Counted from the stretch's first letter, positions 34,915 to 45,677 are shown. The stretch is DNA of 64,000 bases from an uncultured cyanobacterium (GCA_963697335.1 CAVONQ010000011.1:32001-96000); one strand, 5' to 3'. The notes: generated by a model from the letters alone, not told the origin. Numbers and translations are program-made.

Positions 34915-35487
34915 GTGACGACCGCTGCCAATCCCGAGGGCTTCACCACGGGGACAACCGATCTGCTGGAGCAACCGGTGCTCGGCTCCCGCCGCCCCTC
35001 CAACCTGCTGATGGCCGTGGCGGTGAGCCTCGGTGGGGTGGGCTTCCTGCTCACCAGCCTCTCCAGTTACCTGGGGCGGGATCTGCTGCCGATCGGCCAC
35101 CCCGCCGAGCTGGTGTTCGTGCCCCAGGGACTGGTGATGGGCCTCTACGGCACGGCTGCCGTGTTGCTGGCCATCTACCTCTGGACCGTGATCGGCCTCG
35201 ACGTGGGTGCCGGCAGCAACCGCTTCGACCGCCGCGCCGGTACCGCCACGATTCGCCGCCAGGCGTTCCGTCAGCTGATCGATGTGGAGATCCGGCTGCG
35301 GGACATCCAGGCGGTGAAGGTGGAGGTGCGCGATGGCCTCAACCCCCGCCGCCGCCTGGCCCTGAAGCTGCAGGGCCGGCGCGACCTGCCCCTCACCCGG
35401 GTGGGCGAGCCCATGCCCCTGGCCGACCTGGAACAGTCCGGCGCCCAGTTGGCCCGCTTCCTGGGCGTGCCCCTGGAGGGCGTATGA
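34915..35487 (+). CDS. ycf4: Photosystem I assembly protein Ycf4
   Basis: [29 protein letters not shown]. Confidence 0.95.
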   Translation: MTTAANPEGFTTGTTDLLEQPVLGSRRPSNLLMAVAVSLGGVGFLLTSLSSYLGRDLLPIGHPAELVFVPQGLVMGLYGTAAVLLAIYLWTVIGLDVGAGSNRFDRRAGTATIRRQAFRQLIDVEIRLRDIQAVKVEVRDGLNPRRRLALKLQGRRDLPLTRVGEPMPLADLEQSGAQLARFLGVPLEGV

Positions 35488-36209
35488 GCGGCTTCTCCCG
35501 CCGCCTGGCCACCCGGCTGGCCCTCGGTGCCCTGCTGATGCTCACCCCCCTGGTGCTGGCGGCCTGCACCCCGAGCGGGTCCAGCTCCACCCGCCAGGGC
35601 TGCGCCACCGCCACCACCCCCTGCCTGGAGGGCCCGGCCACGGTGGCCCTGCAGACCAGCCGGGGTGAGGTTCAGCTGCAGCTCGACGGCGACGCCGCAC
35701 CCCTCAGTGCCGGCAACTTCGTGGATCTGGTGCAGCGCGGTGTCTACGACGGCACCGTGTTCCACCGGGTGGTGCGCGAGCCCACCCCCTTCGTGGTGCA
35801 GGGTGGCGATCCGGCCAGCGCCAACCCGGTGGTGCCCCCCAGCCAGTACGGCAGCGGCAGCTATGTGGACCCCGCCAGCGGTGAGGCGCGCCTGATTCCA
35901 CTGGAGCTCAAGCTCAGCCAGGAGCCCGCCCCCCGTTACGGCGAGACGATCACCGCCCCTGGCGTCACCCGGCAGCTGGCGCTGGCCCACCAGCGCGGTG
36001 CCGTGGCGATGGCCCGCTCCGGCGATCCCAATTCGGCCAGCGCCCAGTTCTACGTGGCCCTGCAGGCCCTGCCTGAACTGGATGGCCGCTACGCGGTGTT
36101 CGGCCGGGTGAGCCAGGGCATGGACGTGGTCGACCGCATCCAGCAGGGCGACAAGATCGTCAAGGCCACCGTGGCCTCAGGGGGCAAGCTGGTGAAGCCC
36201 GGCTCTTAG
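35484..36209 (+). CDS. Cyclophilin-type peptidyl-prolyl isomerase (lipoprotein)
   Basis: LAAC lipobox, [32 protein letters not shown]. Confidence 0.93.
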   Translation: MSGFSRRLATRLALGALLMLTPLVLAACTPSGSSSTRQGCATATTPCLEGPATVALQTSRGEVQLQLDGDAAPLSAGNFVDLVQRGVYDGTVFHRVVREPTPFVVQGGDPASANPVVPPSQYGSGSYVDPASGEARLIPLELKLSQEPAPRYGETITAPGVTRQLALAHQRGAVAMARSGDPNSASAQFYVALQALPELDGRYAVFGRVSQGMDVVDRIQQGDKIVKATVASGGKLVKPGS

Positions 36210-36234
36210 GAGGAGCTTCAGTCAGGTTGGGGCT

Positions 36235-36765
36235 TCAGGCGGGGACCCGCTTGTTGGAGGCGGTGACCCGCAGGAAGGCCGTGTTCACTCCGGAGGCCCG
36301 CTCCAGGGCCACCTTGCCGGTGCGGGCGATCTCGAGGATCCCATAGGGGGCCATCACCTGCTCGAGGGCCACCAGCTTGCCGGGATCGCCCACCACCTCG
36401 AGGGTGAGGGCTTCATCGGCCACATCCACCACGTTGGCGCGGAACACCTGCACCAGATCGAGGATGGCGCCGCGGTTGTGGGCCGGGGCGGCCACCTTGA
36501 GCAGCATCAGCTCCCGCTCCACCGAGGGGAGCTGGGAGAGGTCGCTCACGCCCAGCACGTTGACCAGTTTGTCGAGCTGCTTGGTCATCTGGGCCAGGGT
36601 GCGGTCGTCGCCCTCCACCACCATGGTGAGGCGGGACATGCCGCCGCCCTCGGCCGGCCCCACCGCCAGGCTCTCGATGTTGAAGCCGCGGCGGGAGAAC
36701 AGGCCCGAGATGCGGCTGAGGGCACCGGATTCGTCTTCCACCAGCACCGAGAGGGTGTGCTTCAT
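36235..36765 (-). CDS. ilvN: Acetolactate synthase small (regulatory) subunit
   Basis: [42 protein letters not shown]. Confidence 0.96.
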   Translation of the reverse strand: MKHTLSVLVEDESGALSRISGLFSRRGFNIESLAVGPAEGGGMSRLTMVVEGDDRTLAQMTKQLDKLVNVLGVSDLSQLPSVERELMLLKVAAPAHNRGAILDLVQVFRANVVDVADEALTLEVVGDPGKLVALEQVMAPYGILEIARTGKVALERASGVNTAFLRVTASNKRVPA

Positions 36766-36832
36766 GGCTGTGGGATGGGAACCGGGCAGGTGTGACCAAG
36801 CTACCGGTCAGCACTGAAGCTCCCTGGGTTGT

Positions 36833-37891
36833 TCAGGGCTCGCCCGCCACGGGGCTGAGGCTGAGCTGGTGCAGCCAGGGGATCACGGCTGCATGGAAGG
36901 GCTCGGGGGCCTCGTCATGGAGGCAGTGGCCACAGCCCTCCAGGCTGTGCAGCGGCAGGTCGGGGCGCAGCCGCAGCAGGGCCTGCCCCACCTGGATCGG
37001 CACCAGCTGGTCGCGCGTTCCCCAGACCAGCAACAGGGGGCGCCGCAGGCGCGGCACCAGGGAGGGAGCCGTGGCGCCATGGGGGCGCAGGGCCATGGCG
37101 ATGCTCATGGCGCGCAGGCTGCGCACGGCACCGGGCCGGCGGGCCGGGGTGGCGATCAGGCGCCTCAGCTCCCGATCGCCGATCACCGGGATGGCATAGG
37201 AGAGCTGGATGCCCAGGGCCAGCAGGGGCGAGTGGGCCAGCAGCGGCACCAGCAGCTCCAGGGGCAACAGCCGGCAGAGCAGCACCACCACCTGCCGCTT
37301 GAGGCGGCGGCGCCAGGGACGCCGCCGGGGCGGGCGCGGCCGGCTGCGGCCCATCAGGGCCGGGTCGGGCAGGGTGGCGGCCACCACGCCCCGCACCCAG
37401 AGCGGAAAGAAGGTGGCGCAGCTGGTGGCCACCAGGGCGCCGAGGGAATGGCCCACCAGCACCGCGGGGCCTCCCACCACCTCCTGCAGGAAGGCCTGCA
37501 CCTGCCGCGCCCAGAGGCGGTTGTCGAGGCGTCCGGCGGGGAGCAGGCCAGGGCCCGGCTGTTCAGAGGCGCCGAAGCCGATCAGGTCGAGGGCATACAC
37601 CGCCCAGCCTTCAGCGGCCAGGGCGGCGGCGTTGTGGCGCCAATGGCCACTGGCGGCCCCGAAGCCATGCAGCAGCAGCACCGCTCCCAGCACGCCTCCC
37701 TGGCGCTGGAGCACCCCGTCGGGAGGGTCGAGCTGGCGCCAGTGCACCGCCAGACCCCGCCAGATCCAGGTGCCGTGCTCGCCCCAGTCCGCCCCTGTGC
37801 GGGGCGACGGGGACCGGGGGGCCAGCCCTGAAGGCGGCAGTGCCTCAGCCGGGCGGGAAGACAAGGGCGGTGCGGGGGGCCCCGGGGCCAT
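36833..37891 (-). CDS. Alpha/beta fold hydrolase
   Basis: LLHGFGA, DLIGFG.S, GHSLG nucleophile elbow, WGTRD, GHCLHDE. Confidence 0.9.
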   Translation of the reverse strand: MAPGPPAPPLSSRPAEALPPSGLAPRSPSPRTGADWGEHGTWIWRGLAVHWRQLDPPDGVLQRQGGVLGAVLLLHGFGAASGHWRHNAAALAAEGWAVYALDLIGFGASEQPGPGLLPAGRLDNRLWARQVQAFLQEVVGGPAVLVGHSLGALVATSCATFFPLWVRGVVAATLPDPALMGRSRPRPPRRRPWRRRLKRQVVVLLCRLLPLELLVPLLAHSPLLALGIQLSYAIPVIGDRELRRLIATPARRPGAVRSLRAMSIAMALRPHGATAPSLVPRLRRPLLLVWGTRDQLVPIQVGQALLRLRPDLPLHSLEGCGHCLHDEAPEPFHAAVIPWLHQLSLSPVAGEP

Positions 37892-38041
37892 GAAGCGAAG
37901 CTCAAACGTAGGCCGCGCCTGGCGCTGGCCGTGGGGCCGGGACGCCCCAGCCTTCAGGATGGGCCCCACCAGGGCAACGAGACGGGTGAAGGACAGGGGA
38001 TTGGGGCCGGGCCCGCCAGGGCCTGACGGATGAGGCCGGCC

Positions 38042-39226
38042 ATGGCCGATGCCGCGCCCGAGGCCTATCTGGAAGGTGGTGTGAGCCTGCGGCTGGGGCC
38101 GGGGTTCTTCCGGCCTGAATCCCGGCCCAGCCGCGACCTGGGCGTGCTGCTCTGCCGCAGCCTGGTGGCCTGCGGGGAGGGCCGTGGCGCCACCCCGCCG
38201 GTGCGGGTGCTCGATCTGATGGCCGGCTGTGGGATTCGCAGCCTGCGCCTGGCCGTGGAGGGGGGGGCGGCCTCGGTGTGGGCCAATGACGCCGATCCCG
38301 AGCGGCTGCCGCTGCTGCGCGCCAATCTCGCCCAGCTGGCGGCCTTCCCCCACCAGTGCACGGCCCTCACAGCCCAGAAACTGCTGGCGGGGTGCCTGCT
38401 GCGGGAGCAGCGCTTCGAGCTGGTGGATCTCGATGCCTTCGGCTCGGTGGGGGGGCTGCTGCCCCTCGCCCTGGAGGCGGTGGCCTTCGAGGGGGTGCTG
38501 TACCTGGCCAGCACCGATGGCCGCTCCCCCACCGGCCACGACCGCCCCGCCGCCATCCGCTCCCTGGGGGCAGCGGCCCGGGCCCACCCGGCCAGCTGGG
38601 AGTTGGCGCTGCGGCTGCAGATCGGCCAGGTGGCGCGCCTCGCCTGGGCCCAGGGGCGTGGCGTTGAGCCCCTGTTCAGCTTCAGCGAGGGGCGCACCTT
38701 CCGCACGGCGATCCAGCTGCGCCGCCGGCCCCAGGCCGGGGAGGAGCAGCAGCTCGGGCTTCTGGCCCACTGCCACGGCTGCGGCGATCAGCAGCTGCAG
38801 AGCCTGCTGCGGCTGCGCGGCTGGGCGCCGTGCCTCTGCCCTGGGGATCCCCAGCGCCAGGGCGGCCACCCCCTGGCGATTTCGGGGCCCCTCTGGCTGG
38901 GCCCGCTGCAGAACGGGGCCTGGCTGGAGCGCCTGCAGCAGGCTGCCCTGGAGCTGCCACCCGGCTGGCAGGCGCCGGCCAGCCAGCGGTTGTTGCGGTC
39001 GCTGCTGGCCGACCCCGGCCTGCCGGCCCGCTGCTGGCCGATGGCCGAGCTGGGGCGCCGCCTCCCCGGCGGCTCGCCGCGGCTGGCCAGTCTGCTGGAA
39101 GCGCTGCGCCGGGACGGCTGGTGCGCCCACCGCAGCGGCGTGATGGCCGGCATGCTGCGCAGCGATGCCCCCTGGGCCCGGATCCTGGAGCTGGCGTCGG
39201 GGCTGGTACCGCCAGGGCCGAACTGA
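38042..39226 (+). CDS. Trm1-like tRNA (guanine-N2)-dimethyltransferase
   Basis: FFRPES..SRD, LDLMAGCGIR, AND, DLDAFGS, L.STDG, CHGC, GPLWLGPL. Confidence 0.85.
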   Translation: MADAAPEAYLEGGVSLRLGPGFFRPESRPSRDLGVLLCRSLVACGEGRGATPPVRVLDLMAGCGIRSLRLAVEGGAASVWANDADPERLPLLRANLAQLAAFPHQCTALTAQKLLAGCLLREQRFELVDLDAFGSVGGLLPLALEAVAFEGVLYLASTDGRSPTGHDRPAAIRSLGAAARAHPASWELALRLQIGQVARLAWAQGRGVEPLFSFSEGRTFRTAIQLRRRPQAGEEQQLGLLAHCHGCGDQQLQSLLRLRGWAPCLCPGDPQRQGGHPLAISGPLWLGPLQNGAWLERLQQAALELPPGWQAPASQRLLRSLLADPGLPARCWPMAELGRRLPGGSPRLASLLEALRRDGWCAHRSGVMAGMLRSDAPWARILELASGLVPPGPN

Positions 39227-39268
39227 GGCCGCGCCGCGCTAAAACAGGTGCCATAACGCGCCCCCGCC

Positions 39269-39370
39269 ATGGCCTCGGAGATCTTCGGTATTGCAGCTCT
39301 GTTCTGGGTGCTGATCCCCGTGGGCCTGGCCGGCGGCGCCCTGCTGCTGCGCTTCGCCGACGAAGACTGA
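39269..39370 (+). CDS. petM: Cytochrome b6f subunit VII (PetM)
   Basis: Hand translation [33 protein letters not shown]; lies directly upstream of ycf39. Confidence 0.9.
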   Translation: MASEIFGIAALFWVLIPVGLAGGALLLRFADED

Positions 39371-39448
39371 GCCTTCGCCGGCCACCGGTCCCATCGATCT
39401 CGCCCCACTGAACCGCCCCCTAGGCTCTCTGGCGATTGAGCGAGCGGC

Positions 39449-40411
39449 ATGCAGGTCTTGGTGGTGGGCGCAACGGGCACCTTGGGGCGCCAGGTTGCTC
39501 GCCGGGCCCTCGATGCAGGCCACCAGGTGCGCTGCGTGGTGCGCTCCCCCCGCAAGGCCGCCTTCCTGCAGGAGTGGGGCTGTGAGCTCACCCGGGGCGA
39601 CCTGCTCGAACCCGACAGCCTCGATTACGCCCTGGAAGGCCAGGAGGCCGTGATCGATGCGGCCACCGCCCGGGCCACCGATCCCGGCAGCGCCTACGAC
39701 ATCGACTGGGGCGGCAAGCAGAACCTCTTCGCTGCCTGCAGCCGCGCTGGCGTCAAGCGCCTGGTGTTCGTGTCCCTGCTGGATGCGGCACGCCACCGCG
39801 AGGTGCCGCTGATGGACATCAAGGCCTGCACGGAGGAGTGGCTGGAGGCCTCCGATTTCGAGTACACGATCCTGCGCGGTGTGGCGTTCATGCAGGGCCT
39901 GATCAGCCAGTTCGCCATCCCCGTGCTGGAGGGGCAGACCGTGTGGGTGAGCGGATCCCCCACCCCGATCGCCTACATGAACACCCAGGACATGGCCCGC
40001 TTCGCAGTGGCCGCCCTGGACCACCCCGAAACCGTGCGCCGGGCCTTCCCGGTGGTGGGTCCGCGGGCCTGGATCACCGGCGAGATCACCCAGCTCTGCG
40101 AGCGGTTCACCGGCAAGGATGCCCGGGTGTTCCGGGTGCCGCCGGCCCTGCTCTCGATGATGCGCGGCCTCACCAGCTTCTTCGAGGCCAGCCTCAACGT
40201 GGCCGAACGGCTCGCCTTTGATGCCGTCACCGGCGGTGGCGTCAAGCTCGATGCGCCGATGGAGGAGAGCTACGCCGCCTTTGGCCTCGATCCCTCCGAA
40301 ACCACGGGCCTGGAGGCCTATCTGAAGGAGTACTACGACACGATCCTCAAGCGGCTGCGGGAGATGGAAGCCGACCTCGACAAGGACGCCAAGAAGAAGC
40401 TGCCCTTCTGA
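39449..40411 (+). CDS. ycf39: Ycf39/HCF244-like atypical SDR (PSII assembly)
   Basis: VLVVGATGTLGRQV, FLQEWG, PLMDIK.CTE, IAYMNTQD.A. Confidence 0.9.
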   Translation: MQVLVVGATGTLGRQVARRALDAGHQVRCVVRSPRKAAFLQEWGCELTRGDLLEPDSLDYALEGQEAVIDAATARATDPGSAYDIDWGGKQNLFAACSRAGVKRLVFVSLLDAARHREVPLMDIKACTEEWLEASDFEYTILRGVAFMQGLISQFAIPVLEGQTVWVSGSPTPIAYMNTQDMARFAVAALDHPETVRRAFPVVGPRAWITGEITQLCERFTGKDARVFRVPPALLSMMRGLTSFFEASLNVAERLAFDAVTGGGVKLDAPMEESYAAFGLDPSETTGLEAYLKEYYDTILKRLREMEADLDKDAKKKLPF

Positions 40412-40470
40412 GGCCCTGCCCCCAGGATGGCTGGTTCGTCTGTACTATGACCCGCTGAAGCGTCTCGCCG

Positions 40471-40686
40471 ATGTCGGTTGCCCAGATCAAGAACCTGCAG
40501 CGCCGCCTGGCCAATCTCGAGGCCGAGGCCGGTGAGGCCCTCACCAGCGCCTGCGGCCACGAGCTCTGGCAGAGCCTGGGTTTCGATGCCTTTGACAGCC
40601 TGGAGGATCCCGATCGTCGCGCCCGGGCCAACTACTACTACGGCCAGCTGCAGACGGTGCGGGAAATCAGGGACTGCCTGGGCTGA
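40471..40686 (+). CDS. Conserved picocyanobacterial hypothetical protein
   Basis: 71-aa ORF with GC3-rich codons; CGHELWQSLGFDAFD, ANYYYGQ. Confidence 0.7.
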   Translation: MSVAQIKNLQRRLANLEAEAGEALTSACGHELWQSLGFDAFDSLEDPDRRARANYYYGQLQTVREIRDCLG

Positions 40687-40704
40687 GCCCCTGGCCAAAC
40701 CCCC

Positions 40705-41367
40705 TTACCCACCCCCGCCGGCCCGTCCCGATTTCCCGCCGCCGGCGCGGCCGCCCCGACCTGGGGAAGGTCGCCCCAGGCGATTGAGGCGCCCTTGCTC
40801 GGAGGCTGTCAAGACACGCCACTGGCCAGGGGCCAGGCCAAGCAGGTTGAGCGGTTCCTGACCATCCATCAGGTCGATGGCCGCCCGCACCAGGCGCAGG
40901 GTGGGCAGCCCCACCAGGGCGGTCATGCGCCGCACCTGGCGGTTGCGGCCCTCCTGCAGCTGCAGCTCCAGCCAGCTCACCGGAATCCTGGCGCGCTGCC
41001 GGATCGGCGGCTGGCGCGCCGGCAGGGCGGGTTCCGCCAGCAGCCGCACCCGGGCGGGCCTGGTGCGCTGCCCCTGGAGCATCACGCCGCCGCGCAGCTG
41101 CTCCAGGGCGCCGGGATGGTCGCTGGCCTGGCCCTCCACCTGCACCCAGTAGGTGCGCCAGTGGCCAAAGCTGGGATCGGTGAGGCGCCGCTGCAGCTGG
41201 CCGTTGTCCGTGAGCAGCAACAGCCCCTCGCTGTCGGCATCCAGGCGGCCGGCGGCATACACCCGCGGCACGGGGATGAACTCGGCCAGGCTGCGCCAGC
41301 GGCTGCCGGGTTCGGGGCTGAACTGGCTCAGCACCCCGTAGGGCTTGTGAAACAGGAGGGTGGTCAG
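40705..41367 (-). CDS. rluE: RsuA/RluE family pseudouridine synthase
   Basis: FHKPYGVLSQF, AGRLDADSEGLLLLT, EGRNRQVRRMT; probable CTG start at 41367. Confidence 0.9.
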   Translation of the reverse strand: MTTLLFHKPYGVLSQFSPEPGSRWRSLAEFIPVPRVYAAGRLDADSEGLLLLTDNGQLQRRLTDPSFGHWRTYWVQVEGQASDHPGALEQLRGGVMLQGQRTRPARVRLLAEPALPARQPPIRQRARIPVSWLELQLQEGRNRQVRRMTALVGLPTLRLVRAAIDLMDGQEPLNLLGLAPGQWRVLTASEQGRLNRLGRPSPGRGGRAGGGKSGRAGGGG

Positions 41368-41584
41368 TGGACCATCAGGACTGGCGGGCGTTCCAGAGGT
41401 TGACCACGCCGATCGAAATCATCAGCAGGCCCAGACCCAGGCTGAGGGGGGGAAGGATCATGGCGGTGGGGCCTGGTGCTGGGGGCGCGCAGACCCTAGG
41501 CCCTGAACCAGCCCCCCGGCCGGGGGGCGGCCCAGTGACGCCTAAGCTACAGAAAGCTGTTGCTTCGCCTGGCCGCTTCGCTGC

Positions 41585-41854
41585 ATGATTGAGACCTCCG
41601 GTGTGATTGAGAAGGAACAGGGCAACGGGTTCTACCTGGTGACCCTGGAGCAGCCGGCTGGTCACAAGTGCCTCTGTCGGGCGGCGGGCAAGCTCACCAA
41701 GTTCCGGATCAAGCTGCTGGCGGGCGACAAGGTGCTGGTGGAGATCAGCCCCTACGACCTCACCCGCGGCCGCATCACCTACCGGGAGCGCAATGCCGGA
41801 GCCACGGGCCCCCGGGCCGGCGGCAACCGCCCCGGCGGCCCCCGGCGCCGTTGA
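41585..41854 (+). CDS. infA: Translation initiation factor IF-1
   Basis: MIETSGVI, GKL.KFRIKLL.GD.V.VE.SPYDLTRGRI.YR. Confidence 0.95.
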   Translation: MIETSGVIEKEQGNGFYLVTLEQPAGHKCLCRAAGKLTKFRIKLLAGDKVLVEISPYDLTRGRITYRERNAGATGPRAGGNRPGGPRRR

Positions 41855-41881
41855 GCCTGGGCCTGACCAGCGCGAGCCAGC

Positions 41882-43282
41882 TCAGACAGGCACCGCCAAC
41901 AGCCCTTCGATGGCGGCCTTGAATTCGCTGCGCTGTTTCACGCCCTTGAACTGCTGCTGCAGCTCCTTGCGGAAGAACAGCTGCACCGTGGGCGTGCCGG
42001 TGACCCCCGCCTGCACGGCAATCTCCTGATCGGCTTCGATGTCGATCTCCACCCCCTGGGCGGCGCCGCCCAGCTCGTCGAGCACGCGCTTGAGCTGGGG
42101 CTTGAGCACGTGGCAGGGCCCGCAGGTGGGGGAGGTGTACACCACCAGCAGGGGCTTGTCGCTGTCGTGGTAGAGCTTGCGCAGGGCGTAACCGCCCTTC
42201 TGCCAGAGGGCCGCTGGATCGAAGTTGGCCTCGTCGCTCACGGCCGTGCGGCGGGGTTCACCCACCGTTTCGGGGTCCACCGGGGTGTGGCTCACGGTGG
42301 TGGCGAGGTTGTGGTGGGTGAGCCAGCGCTCGGCGGCGAGGGCGGCCTGACAGCCGCTGCCGGCGGCGGTGACGCCCTGGCGCCACTCGGCATCGGCCAC
42401 GTCGCCGGCGGCGAACACCCCCTCGAGGCTGGTTTCGGGCCGGCCGGGCCGGGTCACCAGGTAGCCCAGCTGGTCCACCTCCAGCTGATCCTTCACCAGG
42501 CGGGTGTTGGGGGTGTGGCCGATGGCATAGAAGAGGCCCTTCACGGCCAACTCTTCGCGGCCGTCTCCCCGGGTGTCCTGCAGCGTGAGGGCGCCCAGCC
42601 AGTCTTCGCCGCTGCAATCGAGCACCTGACGGTGCCAGTGCACGGTGATGGCGGGATTGGCCAGCACCCGATCGGCCATGGCCTTGCTGGCCCGCAGCTG
42701 GCCGGAGCGCACGATCAGGTGCACCTGGCTGCCGTACTTGGTGAGATACACGGCCTCTTCACAGGCGGAGTCGCCGCCACCCACCACGGCCACGGGCTCG
42801 TTGCGGAACTGGGGGGTGGCGCCGTCGCAGATGGCGCAGGCGCTGATGCCGCGGCTCCAGAACTGCTCCTCACTGGGCAGGCCCAGCCGGTTGGCGCTGG
42901 CGCCGGTGGCCAGGATCAGGCTGTGGGCCTGGTAGGTGACACCATCGGCGCTCACCCGGTAGGGCCGCTGGCTGAGGTCGATGGCCGTGGCATCGGCGAG
43001 CACCAGCTCGGTGCCCCAGCGCTCGGCCTGGGCCTTCATCCGATCCATCAGGTCTGGCCCCAGGATCCCATCGGGAAATCCCGGGTAGTTCTCCACATGG
43101 GTGGTGGTCATCAGCTGGCCGCCGGGGATGCCGCCGTCCTGAAAGCCGGTGATCAGCAGGGGCCGCAGGTTGGCGCGGGCGGCGTAGATGGCGGCGGTGT
43201 AACCGGCGGGGCCGGAGCCCACGATCACCAGATTCTCGATCTCTGGCCGGCTCGGGACGGCGGGGCTGCTCTCGGCGGACAC
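41882..43282 (-). CDS. trxB: NADPH-thioredoxin reductase with fused C-terminal thioredoxin (NTRC)
   Basis: GSGPAG, CAIC, GGGDSA, FAAGDV, then a thioredoxin domain with CGPC. Confidence 0.95.
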   Translation of the reverse strand: MSAESSPAVPSRPEIENLVIVGSGPAGYTAAIYAARANLRPLLITGFQDGGIPGGQLMTTTHVENYPGFPDGILGPDLMDRMKAQAERWGTELVLADATAIDLSQRPYRVSADGVTYQAHSLILATGASANRLGLPSEEQFWSRGISACAICDGATPQFRNEPVAVVGGGDSACEEAVYLTKYGSQVHLIVRSGQLRASKAMADRVLANPAITVHWHRQVLDCSGEDWLGALTLQDTRGDGREELAVKGLFYAIGHTPNTRLVKDQLEVDQLGYLVTRPGRPETSLEGVFAAGDVADAEWRQGVTAAGSGCQAALAAERWLTHHNLATTVSHTPVDPETVGEPRRTAVSDEANFDPAALWQKGGYALRKLYHDSDKPLLVVYTSPTCGPCHVLKPQLKRVLDELGGAAQGVEIDIEADQEIAVQAGVTGTPTVQLFFRKELQQQFKGVKQRSEFKAAIEGLLAVPV

Positions 43283-43338
43283 GGCTTAAGCGGAGTGACT
43301 ATGACTTGCAGCCTAGGGGACGGGGCGGCCCGCCGCGT

Positions 43339-43575
43339 TCAGAGCTCCAGGATGCCGTCGATCTCGGGATTCACGGCCTTGTTCAGGTTGTTGGGCACCA
43401 TCAGCATGCCCAGCTCCAGCAGCTGCGGATGGTCTTCCACGCCCAGGAGCCATTCGCGGAACTCCTCGGTGAGCGCGTAACTCTCCTCGTAGTGCTCCAG
43501 TGCGTCGAGGGTGGCCCGGCGGGCCAGGGCCCAGCTCACGGCAACGGTCAGTCGGCGGTTCAGTGGAGCATCCAT
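43339..43575 (-). CDS. Conserved hypothetical protein
   Basis: MDAPLNRRLTVAVSWALARRA...EEFREWLL; GC3-rich codons, AT-richer region upstream. Confidence 0.65.
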   Translation of the reverse strand: MDAPLNRRLTVAVSWALARRATLDALEHYEESYALTEEFREWLLGVEDHPQLLELGMLMVPNNLNKAVNPEIDGILEL

Positions 43576-43751
43576 GATCCCGATCCGAATTCCATTTGTG
43601 GCACCACGTTGGCGGCCGCTGCGCCGAATCGAGGTAGTGGTTGACACAACGTCGTGAAGACCTCGCCCCTTTGTCCCATTTTGGCAAGTGTTTTGTCCAA
43701 ATCCGTACAGGTTTGTGGTGAAGGCTCCCTCGGGCGAGTGGCTCACGCGGC

Positions 43752-45260
43752 TCAGGCGGGCCGCCTCAGGAAGCCAGGCAGCTCGGGACCGCGCAGGCGA
43801 AGCATCTCGCCCGCCTCTTCGCGAATCGCCTCCAGGGGCAGCTGGCCCCCCGGGGCCTGGCCCGCCCCAGCCGCTGCCGCCGGCGCGGACCTGGGCCGCA
43901 GCAGATAGGGCTCGCTCAGCGACCAGCTGCGGGCGTAGCTGATCAGCAGGGGATCGGCAGGGGCGAACACATAGGAGGGGTGGCGCGGAATCGCCTCCAG
44001 GGCGGCGCGGCTCGCCTCCATGCGCACGGCCCTGGTGATCGCCTGCACGAAGCGGCTGCGGGTCACCACGGTGGTGAGGTAGGCCACCACCCGCAGCCGC
44101 GGCGCATCGAAGCCCTCGGCGCACATGTCGATGCTCACCAGCCAGTCGGCCTCCCCCGCCTGGAATGCGGCCAGCCGCTCCGCCGCCTGGGGGTCCTGGG
44201 AGTGCACCAGATGCACCCGATCACCCTGTTCCCGCAGCAGGGCACTGAGCTGGCCCGCATGGGCGATGTCCCGGGCGATCACCAGCCCTCCCGCTTCGGG
44301 GTGCTCGCGCCGCACCCGCTCCAGGCGGTCGCGGGCGCGCAGCAGCAGCCGCAGGGCAATGCTGCTGGGATCGCCCAGGCGGATGGCCCGCCGCAGGTTG
44401 CGGGCCCGCCAGCTCTCGCGGGCCTCGGCCGAGAGGGGCGAGGTTTCGGTGTCGCCGTGCTGGAGCGGGTGGGCCTCGATCGGGCGGCCGTGCTCCACCC
44501 AGCCGTCCTGGAAGCGGAACTCCAACGGGCGCACATCGCCGGCGGCGATCAGGGCCCGGGGCTCCACGCTCAGGTCGGGGCGGATGTGTTCCACGGTTTG
44601 ATCGCCCTGGCGCTCCTGAATGCGGCGGGCGGCGCAGAAGGCCAGGTTGTCGGCCCGGAAGGGGGTACCGGTGAGCCCGAGCCGCAGGGCGGCACCGGTG
44701 GTGAGTCGGCTGAAGGCCTGCCCCCAGGCCGCCGCCTCCGGTTCCTCCGGATCGATGCCGAGGTGGTGCACCTCATCGGCGATCGCCAGCCAGCGGCCCC
44801 CTCCGATGGCGCCGGGGCCGCCTGCGCCCCAGGGGTCACTCCAGGCGGCCTCGAGGCGCTGTCGATAGCGGGCGGCGGCCTGGTAGCTGAGCACCAGGCC
44901 CTGCCGGGGCTCCCCGGCCTGGGGGGGCTCCAGCTCCTGGTCGGGGCTCCAGAGCTGCAGCTGCATCCCCAGCCGCACGGCGGCCGCCTGCCATTGGCTG
45001 GCGATCGTGGTGCGGTGGCAGAACACCAGCAGGTGATCCAGCCGGCCCTCCGCCTGCAGGCGCTGGAAGCTGAGCAGGGCCCCGAGGGTCTTGCCGGCGC
45101 CGGGTCCGGCATGGATCAGCACGTCCTGGCCACCGGCGGGCGCCTGCCCCAGGCGGGCACGCAACAGCTGGATCAGCTGGCTCTGCCACTGGCGCGGGCG
45201 GATCGGGCAGGCGGCGGCCGAACCGTTCCCCGCAGGCAAGGTGAAGGAGGGGGGGGCCAT
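43752..45260 (-). CDS. Superfamily 2 (DEAD/DEAH-like) helicase
   Basis: PRQWQ Q-motif, GPGAGKT, IADEVHH, LTGTPFR, MCAEGFD.P, QAITRAVR. Confidence 0.9.
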   Translation of the reverse strand: MAPPSFTLPAGNGSAAACPIRPRQWQSQLIQLLRARLGQAPAGGQDVLIHAGPGAGKTLGALLSFQRLQAEGRLDHLLVFCHRTTIASQWQAAAVRLGMQLQLWSPDQELEPPQAGEPRQGLVLSYQAAARYRQRLEAAWSDPWGAGGPGAIGGGRWLAIADEVHHLGIDPEEPEAAAWGQAFSRLTTGAALRLGLTGTPFRADNLAFCAARRIQERQGDQTVEHIRPDLSVEPRALIAAGDVRPLEFRFQDGWVEHGRPIEAHPLQHGDTETSPLSAEARESWRARNLRRAIRLGDPSSIALRLLLRARDRLERVRREHPEAGGLVIARDIAHAGQLSALLREQGDRVHLVHSQDPQAAERLAAFQAGEADWLVSIDMCAEGFDAPRLRVVAYLTTVVTRSRFVQAITRAVRMEASRAALEAIPRHPSYVFAPADPLLISYARSWSLSEPYLLRPRSAPAAAAGAGQAPGGQLPLEAIREEAGEMLRLRGPELPGFLRRPA

Positions 45261-45375
45261 GGCACTCCTGGAGCCTGCATTGTCCCCCCAGCCGCCCATG
45301 TAAATAGGTGTTCTCGCTGATGGGCAGGTTCTGCAGGCTGCCTAGCTTCCGGGGGACCAGTAGTCGAGCGCGGCC

Positions 45376-45555
45376 ATGGTTCCCCCTCCCCGCCTGCCGA
45401 TCGCCTCGTCGTCGTGGCGACGCCGCCACCTGGAGCTGTGCTGGCTGCTGGAGTGCGACATCGACCCGCTGATCCTGCGGGCCCGCCTGCTGCACCGCTA
45501 CCAGGCCGAGGCCCTGGCCCGCTGCATTGAGCAGGAATTGCTGCCGATCGTGTAG
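45376..45555 (+). CDS. Small hypothetical protein (59 aa)
   Basis: Hand translation MVPPPRL...LECDIDPLILRARLL...IEQELLPIV*; GC3-biased codons; fills the gap before pntA. Confidence 0.6.
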   Translation: MVPPPRLPIASSSWRRRHLELCWLLECDIDPLILRARLLHRYQAEALARCIEQELLPIV

Positions 45556-45677
45556 TGACGCCGATCCGGTGGTGTGTCCAGAGCGTGCCAGGTGGGCATG
45601 CCCGCACATTGCCCCCCGATGCGTTGCCGCCGCAGCCGACTGGCTTCCTAATACAGACAGGACCATGTGCAGCACCG

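Noticed and set aside
38042..39226. Archaeal/eukaryote-type Trm1 in a bacterium
   Set aside because: Trm1-like genes are known in cyanobacteria; core context and host-like codon usage
43752..45260. SF2 helicase as an anti-phage defence system
   Set aside because: Host-like codon usage, core-gene context, and no partner nuclease or methylase
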